From assembly GCA_036336835.1 (NCBI GenBank), contig JAYZFK010000084.1:1-32877 (forward strand): a stretch of DNA of 32,877 nt, in the 5' to 3' direction. Within the stretch, counting starts at the first letter, position 1. Every line of letters begins with the position of its first letter. The translations under genes were made by a program, and so were the position numbers. Below, piece after piece: positions 7,630 through 17,117 of this stretch. This stretch comes from Myxococcota bacterium. Lineage in GTDB: Bacteria; Myxococcota_A; UBA9160; UBA4427. The notes under the pieces are model-generated. The model was not told the origin of the DNA and searched no databases. It saw nothing but the letters and a program-made list of their open reading frames with translations.

Positions 7630-9720
7630 TCAGCCCGTCGCGATCAGCGGCGCGATCAGCAGGCTGACGACGCTCATCACCTTGATCAGGATCGCGACGC
7701 CCGGGCCCGAGGTGTCCTTGAATGGATCGCCGACGGTGTCACCGATCACGGCGGCCTTGTGCGCGTCGGAGCCCTTCGGGTGGCCTTCGAGGCCGCCGGC
7801 CTCGATGAGCTTCTTGGCGTTGTCCCAGGCGCCGCCTGCGTTGGCCATGAACAGTGACAGCGAGGCGCCGACGGCAACGGCTCCCGCGAGCATGCCCGCG
7901 AGCGAGGCCGGCCCGAGCAGGAAGCCGACCGTCACCGGAGCGAAGATGGCCACGGTGCCGGGCAGGATCATCTGGTACAGCGCGGCGCGGGTCGCGATGT
8001 CGACGATCACCCGGCCCTCGGGCTCGGCATTGCCCTCGCGCAGGCCGGGGATCTCGTTGAACTGACGAATGATCTCCTCGATGATCGCCTGCGCGGCCTT
8101 GCCGACCGCGATCATGGTGCTTGCGCCCACGGCGTAGGGCAGACAGGCACCGATCAGCAGGCCGATGAGGATCGGCGCGTCATCGAGCTTGAGCACCAGG
8201 GATTCCATCCCCGCGTGCATGCGTGCGAAGTTCACCTCGAGGATGAAGGCGGAGAACAGGCTCAGCACCGTGAGCGTGGCCGAGCCGATCGCGAAGCCCT
8301 TGCCGATGGCGGCCGTCGTGTTGCCGACCGAGTCGAGCTCGTCGGTGATCGCGCGGACCTCGGGGCCGAGGCTGCTCATCTCGCTGATGCCGCCCGCGTT
8401 GTCGGCGATCGGGCCATAGGCGTCGACCGTCATCACGATCGCGGTACCGGCGAGCATGCCGACCGCGCTCATCGCGATCCCGAAAAGTCCCATGCCCTCG
8501 GGCATCGCCAGGTTCGCGGTGAAGCCGACGACGGCCACGATGAACAGCGACGCCACCGTGCTCTCCATCCCGACCGCAAGGCCCGAGATGATGCCCGTGC
8601 CCGCGCCGGTCTTGGCCGACTCGGCGACCCGACGGACCGGGGCCCAGGCGGTGTAGTACTCGGTGACCAGACCGATCAAGCCGCCGCCGATGGCCCCTGC
8701 TGCGAGTGCGCCCGTGACGGATTGGCTCACCCCGATCAACGGCATCGCAATGAAGGCCACGACGCAGATGATCAGTGACGGCACGATCAGCGCGGCGCGC
8801 AGCACCATGGCTGGCGCGTTTCGACGCAGCGCCCGCGCGATGAAGACGCACACGATGCTCACCATCAGTCCGAGACCCGACAGGAAGACGGGCAGGGTCA
8901 CCGCGAGGAACCGCGGGTCGCCCTGCGGCTCGGTGAAGATCTGGTTCAGCACCTGGCTGTCGACGGTGAGCGCGATCGCCATTGCGGCGACGATTGCCGC
9001 GACCAGCGACTCGTAGATGTCGGCGCCCATACCCGCGACGTCGCCCACGTTGTCGCCGACGTTGTCCGCGATGCCGCCCGGATTGCGGGGGTCGTCTTCG
9101 GGGATGCCCTCGACCACCTTGCCGGCGATGTCAGAGCCGACATCGGCCGCCTTGGTGTAGATGCCACCGCCGATGCGCGAGAACAGTGCGATCGACGAGG
9201 CGCCCACGGCGAAGCTGTGCAGCACGGTCCCCAGGTGCGGATCGTTGCTGAATACGAGGTAGAGGCCCCCGAGTCCGAGCAGCGCGGTGGCGGCGACGCA
9301 GAGCCCCATCACTGCCCCGCCGTCGATTGCAGTCAGCAGCGCATCGGGCTTCGAGCCCTTGCGAGCCCACTCGCTGGTACGGACGTTCGCAAATGTGGCG
9401 GCCTTCATGCCGACGAAGCCCGAGCCCAGTGACAGAAAGGCGCCGAGCAGGAAGCAGGAGCCGGCGATCAGGCCCGTGCCCTGGGTACGGAAGGCCAGGT
9501 AGAGCAGGGCGAACACGGCGATCGAATAGAAGGCGAGTACCCGGTACTCGCGCATCAGGAAGGTCATCGCGCCCTCGCGGATGTACCTCGCGATCATGTT
9601 CATGGTGTCCGTGCCCTCGGGCAGGGACTTGACTCGGATGTAGAAGAAGGCCGCAACGGCCAGACCCACGACGCCCGCAATCATCGGGACCATCGTCAGT
9701 TGTGTGATCAACTCTTCCAT
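7630..9720 (-). CDS. hppA: Membrane-bound ion-translocating pyrophosphatase, K+-dependent type
   Basis: [83 protein letters not shown]; 696 aa polytopic. Ala in GNTTAA marks the K+-dependent class. Confidence 0.96.
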   Translation of the reverse strand: MEELITQLTMVPMIAGVVGLAVAAFFYIRVKSLPEGTDTMNMIARYIREGAMTFLMREYRVLAFYSIAVFALLYLAFRTQGTGLIAGSCFLLGAFLSLGSGFVGMKAATFANVRTSEWARKGSKPDALLTAIDGGAVMGLCVAATALLGLGGLYLVFSNDPHLGTVLHSFAVGASSIALFSRIGGGIYTKAADVGSDIAGKVVEGIPEDDPRNPGGIADNVGDNVGDVAGMGADIYESLVAAIVAAMAIALTVDSQVLNQIFTEPQGDPRFLAVTLPVFLSGLGLMVSIVCVFIARALRRNAPAMVLRAALIVPSLIICVVAFIAMPLIGVSQSVTGALAAGAIGGGLIGLVTEYYTAWAPVRRVAESAKTGAGTGIISGLAVGMESTVASLFIVAVVGFTANLAMPEGMGLFGIAMSAVGMLAGTAIVMTVDAYGPIADNAGGISEMSSLGPEVRAITDELDSVGNTTAAIGKGFAIGSATLTVLSLFSAFILEVNFARMHAGMESLVLKLDDAPILIGLLIGACLPYAVGASTMIAVGKAAQAIIEEIIRQFNEIPGLREGNAEPEGRVIVDIATRAALYQMILPGTVAIFAPVTVGFLLGPASLAGMLAGAVAVGASLSLFMANAGGAWDNAKKLIEAGGLEGHPKGSDAHKAAVIGDTVGDPFKDTSGPGVAILIKVMSVVSLLIAPLIATG

Positions 9721-9849
9721 CGTCTCCGTCCTGTTCGGGGTCGCTGATCCGCGATGTGGTGCTGGGCTTCTCGGGGCCGCAGCGGGGTGGGCCCAGCTGA
9801 AATGTCGGTCGCTGGCAGGAGGACCGGGGGCGGATGCTCCCGGGCAGGT

Positions 9850-9879
9850 GATTTAGCTCAGCGGACGCAGGGAAAGCAA
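9850..9879 (-). promoter_or_regulatory. Putative hppA promoter (TTGCTT-N16-GCTAAATC)
   Basis: AT-richer patch in GC-rich intergenic DNA, correctly oriented about 130 nt upstream of the hppA ATG. Confidence 0.35.
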
Positions 9880-9991
9880 TCGGCCGCGTTTTTTCGGAGC
9901 GCTACCTGGAACTCCTGCCTCCCGCGGTCTGCTCATCGAAGCCGGACCGGGTTATACCTCGTCGGGCGCCTTTCGTGGGGACCGATGCGGG

Positions 9992-10381
9992 TCAGCCGGT
10001 ATCATCGGGCTCGAGAAGCTCGGATTTCTGGGTATAGACGGCGACGCGGGCGATCTTCCCCTCGCTATCGAGTCCGAACTCGAGCGCCTCCTCGGTGCGC
10101 AGGCGCCCTCCAGACTCGTCGCGGACGGTCTCGCTGAGCCGCACCCAGAGTGAGCGGCCGGAGTCGCTGGCCGAGTCGACGGGGTCGATCCGCTCGACGT
10201 GGAGCTCGTAGTCCTCGAGCTGCGAGACCACCCGTTCGAGGAAGGCACGGTAGGCGCCGCGTCCCTCCACCACGTCGCGGTAGGGTCCGATCCGGTGCAC
10301 ATCGTCGGCGAGCGTTGCCTCGAGCGCGTCCCAGTCCTGGGCACCGAGCGCCTCGAGATAGCGGTGTAGGGCGTCGGGCAC
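9992..10381 (-). CDS. NTF2/SnoaL-like family protein
   Basis: RYLEALGAQDWDALEATLADDV...VEGRGAYRAFL and C-terminal FGLDSEGKIARV; GGAGG SD before the GTG. Confidence 0.82.
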   Translation of the reverse strand: MPDALHRYLEALGAQDWDALEATLADDVHRIGPYRDVVEGRGAYRAFLERVVSQLEDYELHVERIDPVDSASDSGRSLWVRLSETVRDESGGRLRTEEALEFGLDSEGKIARVAVYTQKSELLEPDDTG

Positions 10382-10594
10382 GCTGCCTCCGGGGCTGGCA
10401 CCCGCGCAGGTGCCTCACCGCAGCGTAGCGTTCGGGCCGGCGAAGCTCTTCCGCCTGTCGTTCGCGCGCGATCGCTCCGCGGTGACCCAGCCGGTCGGCG
10501 CGGTCGGTCACCCGCGCGTTGCGCTCGTCTGGCAGGGCCTCGCGTCGCGATCGGCGGCGCCCTGCCCTGCCTTGCCGCGATCGCGTTGGAAGGC

Positions 10595-11416
10595 TCATTC
10601 GGTCGCGCCGGCAGTGGCTGGATCCATGCGGTGAGCGAACCAGTGGTGGGTCCGCACGGGGAGCAGCCGCTTCAGCCATTCGACCACATAGGCCTCGCCG
10701 CCCACGATCACTCGCAGCTTGTTGCGCGTGATGCCGCGCCAGATCGCCTCCGCCACGTCCTCCGGTGGATGGCCGTACTGGTCGAAGCTCCGCTGCAGGC
10801 TCTGGCGTGCTTCTTCGTCGGCGAAGCGCGCGGTCTCGGCGATGTTGGTCGCGATCCCGCCCGGGTGGATGCTGGTGACGCCGATCGGCGTCTCGCGCAG
10901 CTCCGCCCAGAGCGACTCGCTGAACCCGCGCACGGCGAACTTCGTGGCGCAGTAACTGCTCTGTCCGGGAACGCCTACGAAGCCGAACATGCTCGAGATG
11001 TTGACGATGTGCGCCTCGTCGGCTTTCTGCAGCTCTGGCAGGAAGAACATGCAGCCGTGGATGACGCCCCAGAAGTTGATGCCCACCTGCCACTGGAAAT
11101 CCTCGAGGCTGTGCTCGGAGAACCGCTTGACTACCGAGGTGCCGGCATTGTTGACGACGATGTGGACGCACCCGTGCTCGGCGACGACCTCGGCGGGCAG
11201 CGCCCGCATGCGCTCCGGGTCGGCGACGTCGGCTGTGTGCTGGCTCGCCGCGACGCCGAGCGCCGCGACCTCGGTCGCCGTCTCCTTCATGCGCGTTGTA
11301 TTGATATCGACGAGCGCCACGCTGCAGCCCTCGCGCGCGAGGCGCAGGGCGGTCGCGCGGCCGATGCCGCTGGCGCCGCCGGTGATGACGGCCACCCGTT
11401 GGTCGAGTCGTTTCAC
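10595..11416 (-). CDS. SDR-family oxidoreductase
   Basis: TGGASGIG, NNAG, NISS, YCATKFAVRGFSESL, HPGGIATNI. Confidence 0.93.
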   Translation of the reverse strand: MKRLDQRVAVITGGASGIGRATALRLAREGCSVALVDINTTRMKETATEVAALGVAASQHTADVADPERMRALPAEVVAEHGCVHIVVNNAGTSVVKRFSEHSLEDFQWQVGINFWGVIHGCMFFLPELQKADEAHIVNISSMFGFVGVPGQSSYCATKFAVRGFSESLWAELRETPIGVTSIHPGGIATNIAETARFADEEARQSLQRSFDQYGHPPEDVAEAIWRGITRNKLRVIVGGEAYVVEWLKRLLPVRTHHWFAHRMDPATAGATE

Positions 11417-11485
11417 TCCGGACCCCCTTGCGACACGGTGGTGGCCCTTGCAGTGGCCGCGCCGAGCCCTGCGCGCTGCGCGACG

Positions 11486-12451
11486 CTACGCGACGCCGAG
11501 GTCGCGCGCCCATTCCAGGTTGAGCCGGGCCGACTCGATGTGAGCGAGGTGCAGCTGATGACCTTCGCCCTGGTTCGGGTCGCCGTACAGCACCGGGCCC
11601 CGGCCCGTCAGCGTCGCCTCGTCGCCGAGCCGTACCAACTCGCTCCAGTAGTCGACCTGCTCGGGCGTCGGTGTGAACACCTCGTGGACGAGTTGCACGT
11701 GTTTGCCGGCACCTAGCATCATGCCGTAGTAGCCCTGCTCGCGGAGCTCGCTCGCCCAGCGCAGCAGCCCTTCTCGGTCGTCCGAAGCGCCGCCCCACAT
11801 GCCGCTGATCGGGTAGCGGATGCCTGCCGCGCGGGCGTCGATCAGCACCTTGGAGCGCAGAAAGTGGGTTTCGCGTCCCTCGGCGGTCCAGGTGAAGCCC
11901 ACCGCCTGGTGGATGTCGCCGAAACGCGAGACGGCGCCGCCCAGGTAGCCGACACGCGCCGAGGCCATCGCGATCTCGTAGGCGGTCCGCAGGGCGTCGG
12001 CCGTCTCGAGGATGGGGTAGATCAGCAGCGAGCCGGGCTCGAGGCCGTGTTCGTGCTCGGCCGCGAGCAGCAGCGCGTCGGCAGCGACGACGTCCTCGGG
12101 GCCGCGGATCTTGGGCAGCAGAATGCCGGTCAGCGCAGGCGAGAGTACGGCCGTGAGATCGCGCCACAGCATCCCGGTTGCGGGCGCGCGGGTACGCACG
12201 AACCAGAGCGGCTGGCCGGGCGCCCCGCGCTCGGGGCGGGAGCGCAGGAACTCGCCCGTGACGCGGTGGGCTCGCTCTCGCACCGGCTCGGACATCGGTG
12301 TCTCGGGCTCCTCGAGGTCGAGCACGATCGCATCCGCCGCTGTCTCGACTAGCTCGGGCACGTGCTTCTCGTCCGAGCCCGGGACGAACAGCAGCGAACG
12401 CAGCGGGCGGGTCTTCGGGCGCGTGAGCGCCCGGCGCGGCGCGAAGCTCAT
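11486..12451 (-). CDS. HpcH/HpaI aldolase / CitE-like CoA-ester lyase family protein
   Basis: LRSLLFVPGS, ADAIVLDLEE, FVR, ILLPKI, ILETA; ATGA overlap with the amidohydrolase stop. Confidence 0.85.
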   Translation of the reverse strand: MSFAPRRALTRPKTRPLRSLLFVPGSDEKHVPELVETAADAIVLDLEEPETPMSEPVRERAHRVTGEFLRSRPERGAPGQPLWFVRTRAPATGMLWRDLTAVLSPALTGILLPKIRGPEDVVAADALLLAAEHEHGLEPGSLLIYPILETADALRTAYEIAMASARVGYLGGAVSRFGDIHQAVGFTWTAEGRETHFLRSKVLIDARAAGIRYPISGMWGGASDDREGLLRWASELREQGYYGMMLGAGKHVQLVHEVFTPTPEQVDYWSELVRLGDEATLTGRGPVLYGDPNQGEGHQLHLAHIESARLNLEWARDLGVA

Positions 12452-13920
12452 GCGGACTCCTTGGCCAGTAGCTCGCAGGCGGCCTGCTCGACGACCGTCC
12501 CGGTGAAGAAGGCGGGATTCATGCCCCCGTGCAGCCGCACGGCGTTCGCGAAGGCGAAGTCGCGAAAGTCGGCCTCGCGCAGCGCGCCGCGATCGACCAG
12601 CGCGTGAGCGTCTGCGATCGGCTGCGTCATGTCGGTCACGTCCCAGTGCGAGATGTCGGAGCCGAGCATGGCGTGGAGTCGGGCCCCGAACGGGTTCACG
12701 CCCTCGGCAAACGCCCAGCCAACGAGCGGGTCGTCGGCCTCGCAGCCGAAGAAGAAGCTCGGCACGAATCGGTCGCGGAGGTCACTGGCTCGCTCGATGC
12801 CCACTGCGTCGAACTCGTCGAGGCGCTCGGGGCGTGCGCCCGGCTCGCTGAAGTAGGCGCGGATCGACTCCTCGGCGGCCTGGATCTCTTCGCCACCGTG
12901 CTCGCGGAACTGTCGCATCAGCGCGTCGACGTCGAGGCGCGACGGATCGAGCGCACCGATCGCGTCGGCGTTACGCCGCTCCCAGTGACCAATCAGCTCG
13001 GCGAACAGGCTGCAGGCCCAGGCGACGCCGCCTTCGAGGAAGCCGATGCGCAGCTCTGGAAACCGTTGGGTGACGCCGCCTAGCAAGAGCGACTTGCACA
13101 GAGCTTCGTGCCCGCGCGCGAGGCCGCCGACGTGGTTGTAGACGTAGCTCGAGGTAGAACGTGCGACGTGGTACTGCTGGGTCGAGCTGTGTGAGATCGG
13201 CGCGAAGCGCTGCTCGCAGCAGCGCGCCCAGAAGGGATCGTAGTCGTAGGCCGAGTCGATCCCATAGGTGTCATAGCGCGTGACCGGGGGATCCATCGGG
13301 CCGTATTCCCGCTCGAAGTGAGTGATCGGACGCCGCTGGAAGCCCGAGATCGCGCCGGCCTTGAGACCGAGGCCGACGGCGTGGTCGAGTGTCGCGATGG
13401 CGTGCTCGGGCGTGTTCATCGCGATGAGTGCGCCGACCGCGATGCGATCCGCGTAGGGTGCGAACAGTCGCGCGTGCATGGCGTTGACGGCGCGGCACAG
13501 GACGGGGGCGAGCTCGTCGTCCATCAGGTCGAGGAAGGCGAGGCTCATCGACGGGTACAGAACGGCGAAGTCGATCCCGAACTCGTCGAGTCGTTGGTAG
13601 AGCAGTGCTGGCAGGTGCGAAGTGGCCCGGTCGCTGACGTTCTCCGTCGGCCAGCCCCACCACGACGACTTCGCCAGCCAGCGATCGGTCGCGCCGGCGG
13701 CTTCCGCGACGGCTGCCGTCGTGTCCAGTGGCTTGGCATAGCCCGCGAGGAAGCGATCGCGTAGTGCTGTGCCGGCCTCGTGCTCGATGTAGGCGAGGAT
13801 CTCTTCGTGCGCGAGCGGCCAGATCTCGACGAAGTGACCGTCGCCGTCCACCACCGGGTGCGAGAGCGAGGCGCGAACTTCTGCGGAGTCCGCGCGCGTG
13901 TTGTGGGTTGCGTGCGACAT
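12448..13920 (-). CDS. Amidohydrolase_2-family metal-dependent hydrolase/decarboxylase
   Basis: HPVVDGDGHFVE, GIDFAVLYPS, YDPFW, RFPELRIGFLEGGVAW, GSDISHWD. ATG 13920 preferred over the ORF-track start at 14046. Confidence 0.85.
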   Translation of the reverse strand: MSHATHNTRADSAEVRASLSHPVVDGDGHFVEIWPLAHEEILAYIEHEAGTALRDRFLAGYAKPLDTTAAVAEAAGATDRWLAKSSWWGWPTENVSDRATSHLPALLYQRLDEFGIDFAVLYPSMSLAFLDLMDDELAPVLCRAVNAMHARLFAPYADRIAVGALIAMNTPEHAIATLDHAVGLGLKAGAISGFQRRPITHFEREYGPMDPPVTRYDTYGIDSAYDYDPFWARCCEQRFAPISHSSTQQYHVARSTSSYVYNHVGGLARGHEALCKSLLLGGVTQRFPELRIGFLEGGVAWACSLFAELIGHWERRNADAIGALDPSRLDVDALMRQFREHGGEEIQAAEESIRAYFSEPGARPERLDEFDAVGIERASDLRDRFVPSFFFGCEADDPLVGWAFAEGVNPFGARLHAMLGSDISHWDVTDMTQPIADAHALVDRGALREADFRDFAFANAVRLHGGMNPAFFTGTVVEQAACELLAKESA

Positions 13921-14098
13921 CGCTTCGCCAGCCTGCGGGAAGACACCGGATCGGGTCAAGCTCGCTGCGGGGGATGGTGATCTCAGCCTTGCAGCCAGCC
14001 CCCGTAGCGGCAGCTCGAGTACAGCAGGCCGTCCACGCCGCGGCACTGCAGCTCCAGCGCCATCCTCTCGTGGGTGTCGAGCGTGCTGCGCTCTTGCC

Positions 14099-15409
14099 TC
14101 AGCGTCGCCAGTAGAGGAGGCTCACCACCACGCCGAAGACCAGGGTAATGGCGGACGCGGCCTCGAGCGTGTGGACCACGCCGATCGCGTTGGCCGTCGC
14201 GCCCATCCCAAGACCGCCGAAGGGGAGCAGACCCGCCCAGCAGACCTGGAATAGCGACATCACGCGGCCGCGGTTGCTGTCGGCGACGGCCTGCTGGATG
14301 ACCGTCTGGAGGTTGGTCATGACCCAGAAGAAGAAGAAGCCGCTGAGCATCTGCGTCGCGAGAGCGATGCGCCAGTCGCGCGTGGTGGCGAAGGCGCCGA
14401 TGCACAGGGCGTAGAGCGCGGTCTGCACGCCGGTGGCGCGCAAGGATCGGGTTCCGAAGCCCGTGACCAGCGAGCCACACAGGGCGCCCACCCCGGTCAA
14501 TGCCATCATCCATGGGAAGAGTTCGCGCGTGCCCAGAACCTCTTCGTTGAAAACGGGGATCAGGGCGATGTGCGAGCCCCCGAAGATCGAAAGCACGGCG
14601 ACGACCCCCAGGGCGGCGAGCGAGGGGCGCCGTTCGCGGGCGTGCTCGAAGCCGCTGCGGATCCGGGAGAAGATGCCCGCGTCGCCGGGCTGTCGTACGA
14701 ACTCGCCGATCTCGATACGCGAGATCAGCAGAGCACCGATGCTGGCGGCAACGGCGTAGATGCCGAACGAGACGCCGAGCGCGCCGCCTGCGATCAGCGG
14801 CGCAGCCAGGGTGGGGCCGAAGACGCGCGTGCTGTTGTTGGCGACCGACTGCAGCGAGATGGCGCTCGGCAGGTCCTCGAACGGGACCGCGTTGGCGGCG
14901 ATCGCCATGTTCGCGGGGCCCGCGAAGGCGAAGCCCGTCCCCATCAGCGACGCGAGAGCGAGCAGTAGCGGGGGGCCAATCAGGCCGGCGAGCGTCGTGG
15001 TGGCGAGCACAGTGCTCACGGCGACGATCAGCAGATAGCTCGCGAGCACGATCTGCTTGCGGTCGAAGCGATCGGCTGTGACGCCGGCCAGCGGCGCGAG
15101 CAGGAAGGCGGGGATGAACAGCGCAAAGAACAGCACCCCGACCATCAGCGGATCGTTGTTCGTGAGATCGACCATCAGCTGCTGGAGCGAGAGATGCGAG
15201 ATCCAGAAGCCGGTCTGGTTCACGAGGAATGCCATCATCAGCAGCTTGTAGGGACGGTGGGCGAGCGCTCGAAAGGGTCGACCGCGCGAGGTCTCGAGCC
15301 AGTGAGGTGCGTGCGAGCCGGGCACGCCCATCGCAACCGAGTCGGCCGGATTGAGCGCGGCGTCGCCCGGGTTTGCCCCCAGGCTCTCTTCGACCCGCGT
15401 CTTGACCAC
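14099..15409 (-). CDS. MFS transporter (EntS/MFS_3-like)
   Basis: Motif A AGVTADRFDRK, about 12 hydrophobic segments, C-terminal IQQAVADSNRGRVMS. Start uncertain (GTG 15409 after GGAAGG, or a later ATG). Confidence 0.88.
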   Translation of the reverse strand: MVKTRVEESLGANPGDAALNPADSVAMGVPGSHAPHWLETSRGRPFRALAHRPYKLLMMAFLVNQTGFWISHLSLQQLMVDLTNNDPLMVGVLFFALFIPAFLLAPLAGVTADRFDRKQIVLASYLLIVAVSTVLATTTLAGLIGPPLLLALASLMGTGFAFAGPANMAIAANAVPFEDLPSAISLQSVANNSTRVFGPTLAAPLIAGGALGVSFGIYAVAASIGALLISRIEIGEFVRQPGDAGIFSRIRSGFEHARERRPSLAALGVVAVLSIFGGSHIALIPVFNEEVLGTRELFPWMMALTGVGALCGSLVTGFGTRSLRATGVQTALYALCIGAFATTRDWRIALATQMLSGFFFFWVMTNLQTVIQQAVADSNRGRVMSLFQVCWAGLLPFGGLGMGATANAIGVVHTLEAASAITLVFGVVVSLLYWRR

Positions 15410-15472
15410 GTACCTTCCGCCTTCGCGCCGACTGCGGCGCGCTGGAATCGATCTGCTGCGCAAGCCCCGGTG

Positions 15473-16132
15473 TTACTTGGGCGGCCAGAGTGGCTCGGAA
15501 ATCTCGAAGCCGAGGTCGCCGTCCCAGCTGTTCCGGAACGCGACATCGTGGACCGGTCTGCGAGGCGCGATGCCCCAGCGACCCGTCGGGTAGCCCATGG
15601 TGACGCAGGCGGCGAAGTTCCAGCCCTCGTCCTCGGGGACGCCGATGACGCTCGCAACCTCGGGCCACTTGAACAGGAACACGCTCGTCAGCGAACTGCC
15701 GACGCCGTGCGCGCGCGCCGCGAGCATGGCGTTCCAGACCGCGGGGTAGATCGAGCCGCCGCTCGGGTCGTGCTGCGCGAACGCAAGCAACAGCAGCGGG
15801 TAGCTCTCGAAGTGCTCGGCCAGCCAACAGGCCGAAGCGTGGACCTTGCGCAGCTGGATGCTCTCGGGGTCATCGGGCCGGGCATTCATGGCGTCGATTC
15901 GGTCCTTGTAGGGCCCGATCCACAGCATGTCCAGGCACGCGCGGTAGATCGGTCCGAGCTTCCCCTTGACGCCGGCGTCGTCGATCAGCAAGAAGCGCCA
16001 GTTCTGGCTGTTGCCGCCCGAGGGTGCACGGATCGCGGCGTCGAGGATGCTCTGCTGCACCTCTTCGGGGATCGGGTCGGTCTTCGTGCGACGCATGGCG
16101 CGCGTGGTGTACAAGGCTTCGAAGACATCCAT
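15473..16132 (-). CDS. Nitroreductase-family flavoprotein
   Basis: LYTTRAMRR, AIRAPSGGNSQNWRF, SIYPAVWNAMLAARAHGVG, MGYP. ATG 16132 has a GAGGAG SD. Confidence 0.9.
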   Translation of the reverse strand: MDVFEALYTTRAMRRTKTDPIPEEVQQSILDAAIRAPSGGNSQNWRFLLIDDAGVKGKLGPIYRACLDMLWIGPYKDRIDAMNARPDDPESIQLRKVHASACWLAEHFESYPLLLLAFAQHDPSGGSIYPAVWNAMLAARAHGVGSSLTSVFLFKWPEVASVIGVPEDEGWNFAACVTMGYPTGRWGIAPRRPVHDVAFRNSWDGDLGFEISEPLWPPK

Positions 16133-16310
16133 CTCGGCTCTCCTCGTCGAGGCGGCACCATACCATGCCCTCATCAGCCCAAGGATCTCGCAAGCTGGCG
16201 CGCCGCGGCCCACCGCTCGCGAATTTCCTCGAGCTCATTTCCAACGCAACGATCCGAGCCGTACAATGACATGTCGCTCAACTCCAACGAACGAGCGGCT
16301 CGGGAAGCAG

Positions 16311-17093
16311 ATGAACTACGAGACCCTGCTCGTGACGATCGCCGATGGCATTTCGCGGATCACGCTCAATCGCCCAAAGCGAAAGAACGCGTTCAGCCCC
16401 CGGATGGCGACCGAGCTCACCGCGGTGCTGGGCGAACTCGAGGCGGATGACCGCGTGCGCGTCGTCGTGCTGCGCGGTGCGGAGGGCAATTTTTGCTCGG
16501 GTGGGGACCTGCAAGGGGATGGCGAACCGAGCGGCGATGGCGAGACCGACTTCCTGCGGCTCCACTACAACCCGGCGGTCCTGGCGCTGCACCACTTTCC
16601 GCGACCCGTGGTTGCGGTGGTCGAGGGTGTGGCAGCGGGCGCCGGCGTCAACTTGGCGATCGGCTGCGACCTGGTCTACGCCGCTGAAGGCGCTCGGTTC
16701 GGAGTGCTGTTCGTGCAGCGCGCACTGACGCTCGACTGTGGCGGATCGTGGCTGTTGCCGCGCGTGGTCGGGTTGCACAAGGCCAAGGAGCTCGCGCTGT
16801 TTGGCGAGTGGCTCGATGCGCACGAGGCACTGCGTATCGGCCTGGTGGCCGGCGTCATGAAGTCCGACCAGCTCGACGAGCACGTGGACGAGCGAGCGGC
16901 CAAGCTCGCGGCGCTCCCGCCCCTGGCTCTCGCGGCGACCAAGCGGGGACTCAACGCCGCCTTTCAGGCGGAGCTCGCAGACGCGCTGGATCGCGAAGCC
17001 GACTCGCAGCTGGATCTGGCGCGCAGCGATGACTTTGCCGAGGCGATGAGGGCCTTCTTCGAGAAGAAGGACGCGAAGTACACCGGCCGGTGA
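16311..17093 (+). CDS. Enoyl-CoA hydratase/isomerase (crotonase), PaaG-like
   Basis: ITLNRPKRKNA, FCSGGDL, AAGAGVNLAIGCD, LTLDCGGSWLLPR, DFAEAMRAFFEK. ATG 16311; TACAAT at 16262-16267 upstream. Confidence 0.9.
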   Translation: MNYETLLVTIADGISRITLNRPKRKNAFSPRMATELTAVLGELEADDRVRVVVLRGAEGNFCSGGDLQGDGEPSGDGETDFLRLHYNPAVLALHHFPRPVVAVVEGVAAGAGVNLAIGCDLVYAAEGARFGVLFVQRALTLDCGGSWLLPRVVGLHKAKELALFGEWLDAHEALRIGLVAGVMKSDQLDEHVDERAAKLAALPPLALAATKRGLNAAFQAELADALDREADSQLDLARSDDFAEAMRAFFEKKDAKYTGR

Positions 17094-17117
17094 GTGGTCA
17101 ACGACTCGGCGAAGAGC

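Noticed and set aside
9846..9890. TTTAGCTCAGCGG resembles a tRNA D-arm start
   Set aside because: No anticodon arm, T-loop (GTTCRA) or acceptor stem follows; better explained as the reverse complement of a promoter.
10065..12167. Very long alternative-frame and antisense ORFs (e.g. 10065..12167, 13983..15827, 17891..19879, 23899..25479, 29581..31290)
   Set aside because: Arg/Ala/Pro-rich, no motifs, and they overlap well-supported genes; expected shadows of high-GC codon usage.
13983..14063. Small minus-strand ORF MALELQCRGVDGLLYSSCRYGGWLQG between the MFS and amidohydrolase genes, as a RiPP precursor or selenopeptide
   Set aside because: SD abuts the ATG, no modifying enzymes nearby, and readthrough of its TGA meets another stop within a few codons.
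15966..16310. N-terminal extensions in the ORF track (crotonase from 15966, LLM from 22454, HIT from 25048, MaoC from 25062) as domain fusions
   Set aside because: The extensions overlap neighbouring genes; internal starts give normal family lengths, most with a clear SD or stop-start overlap.
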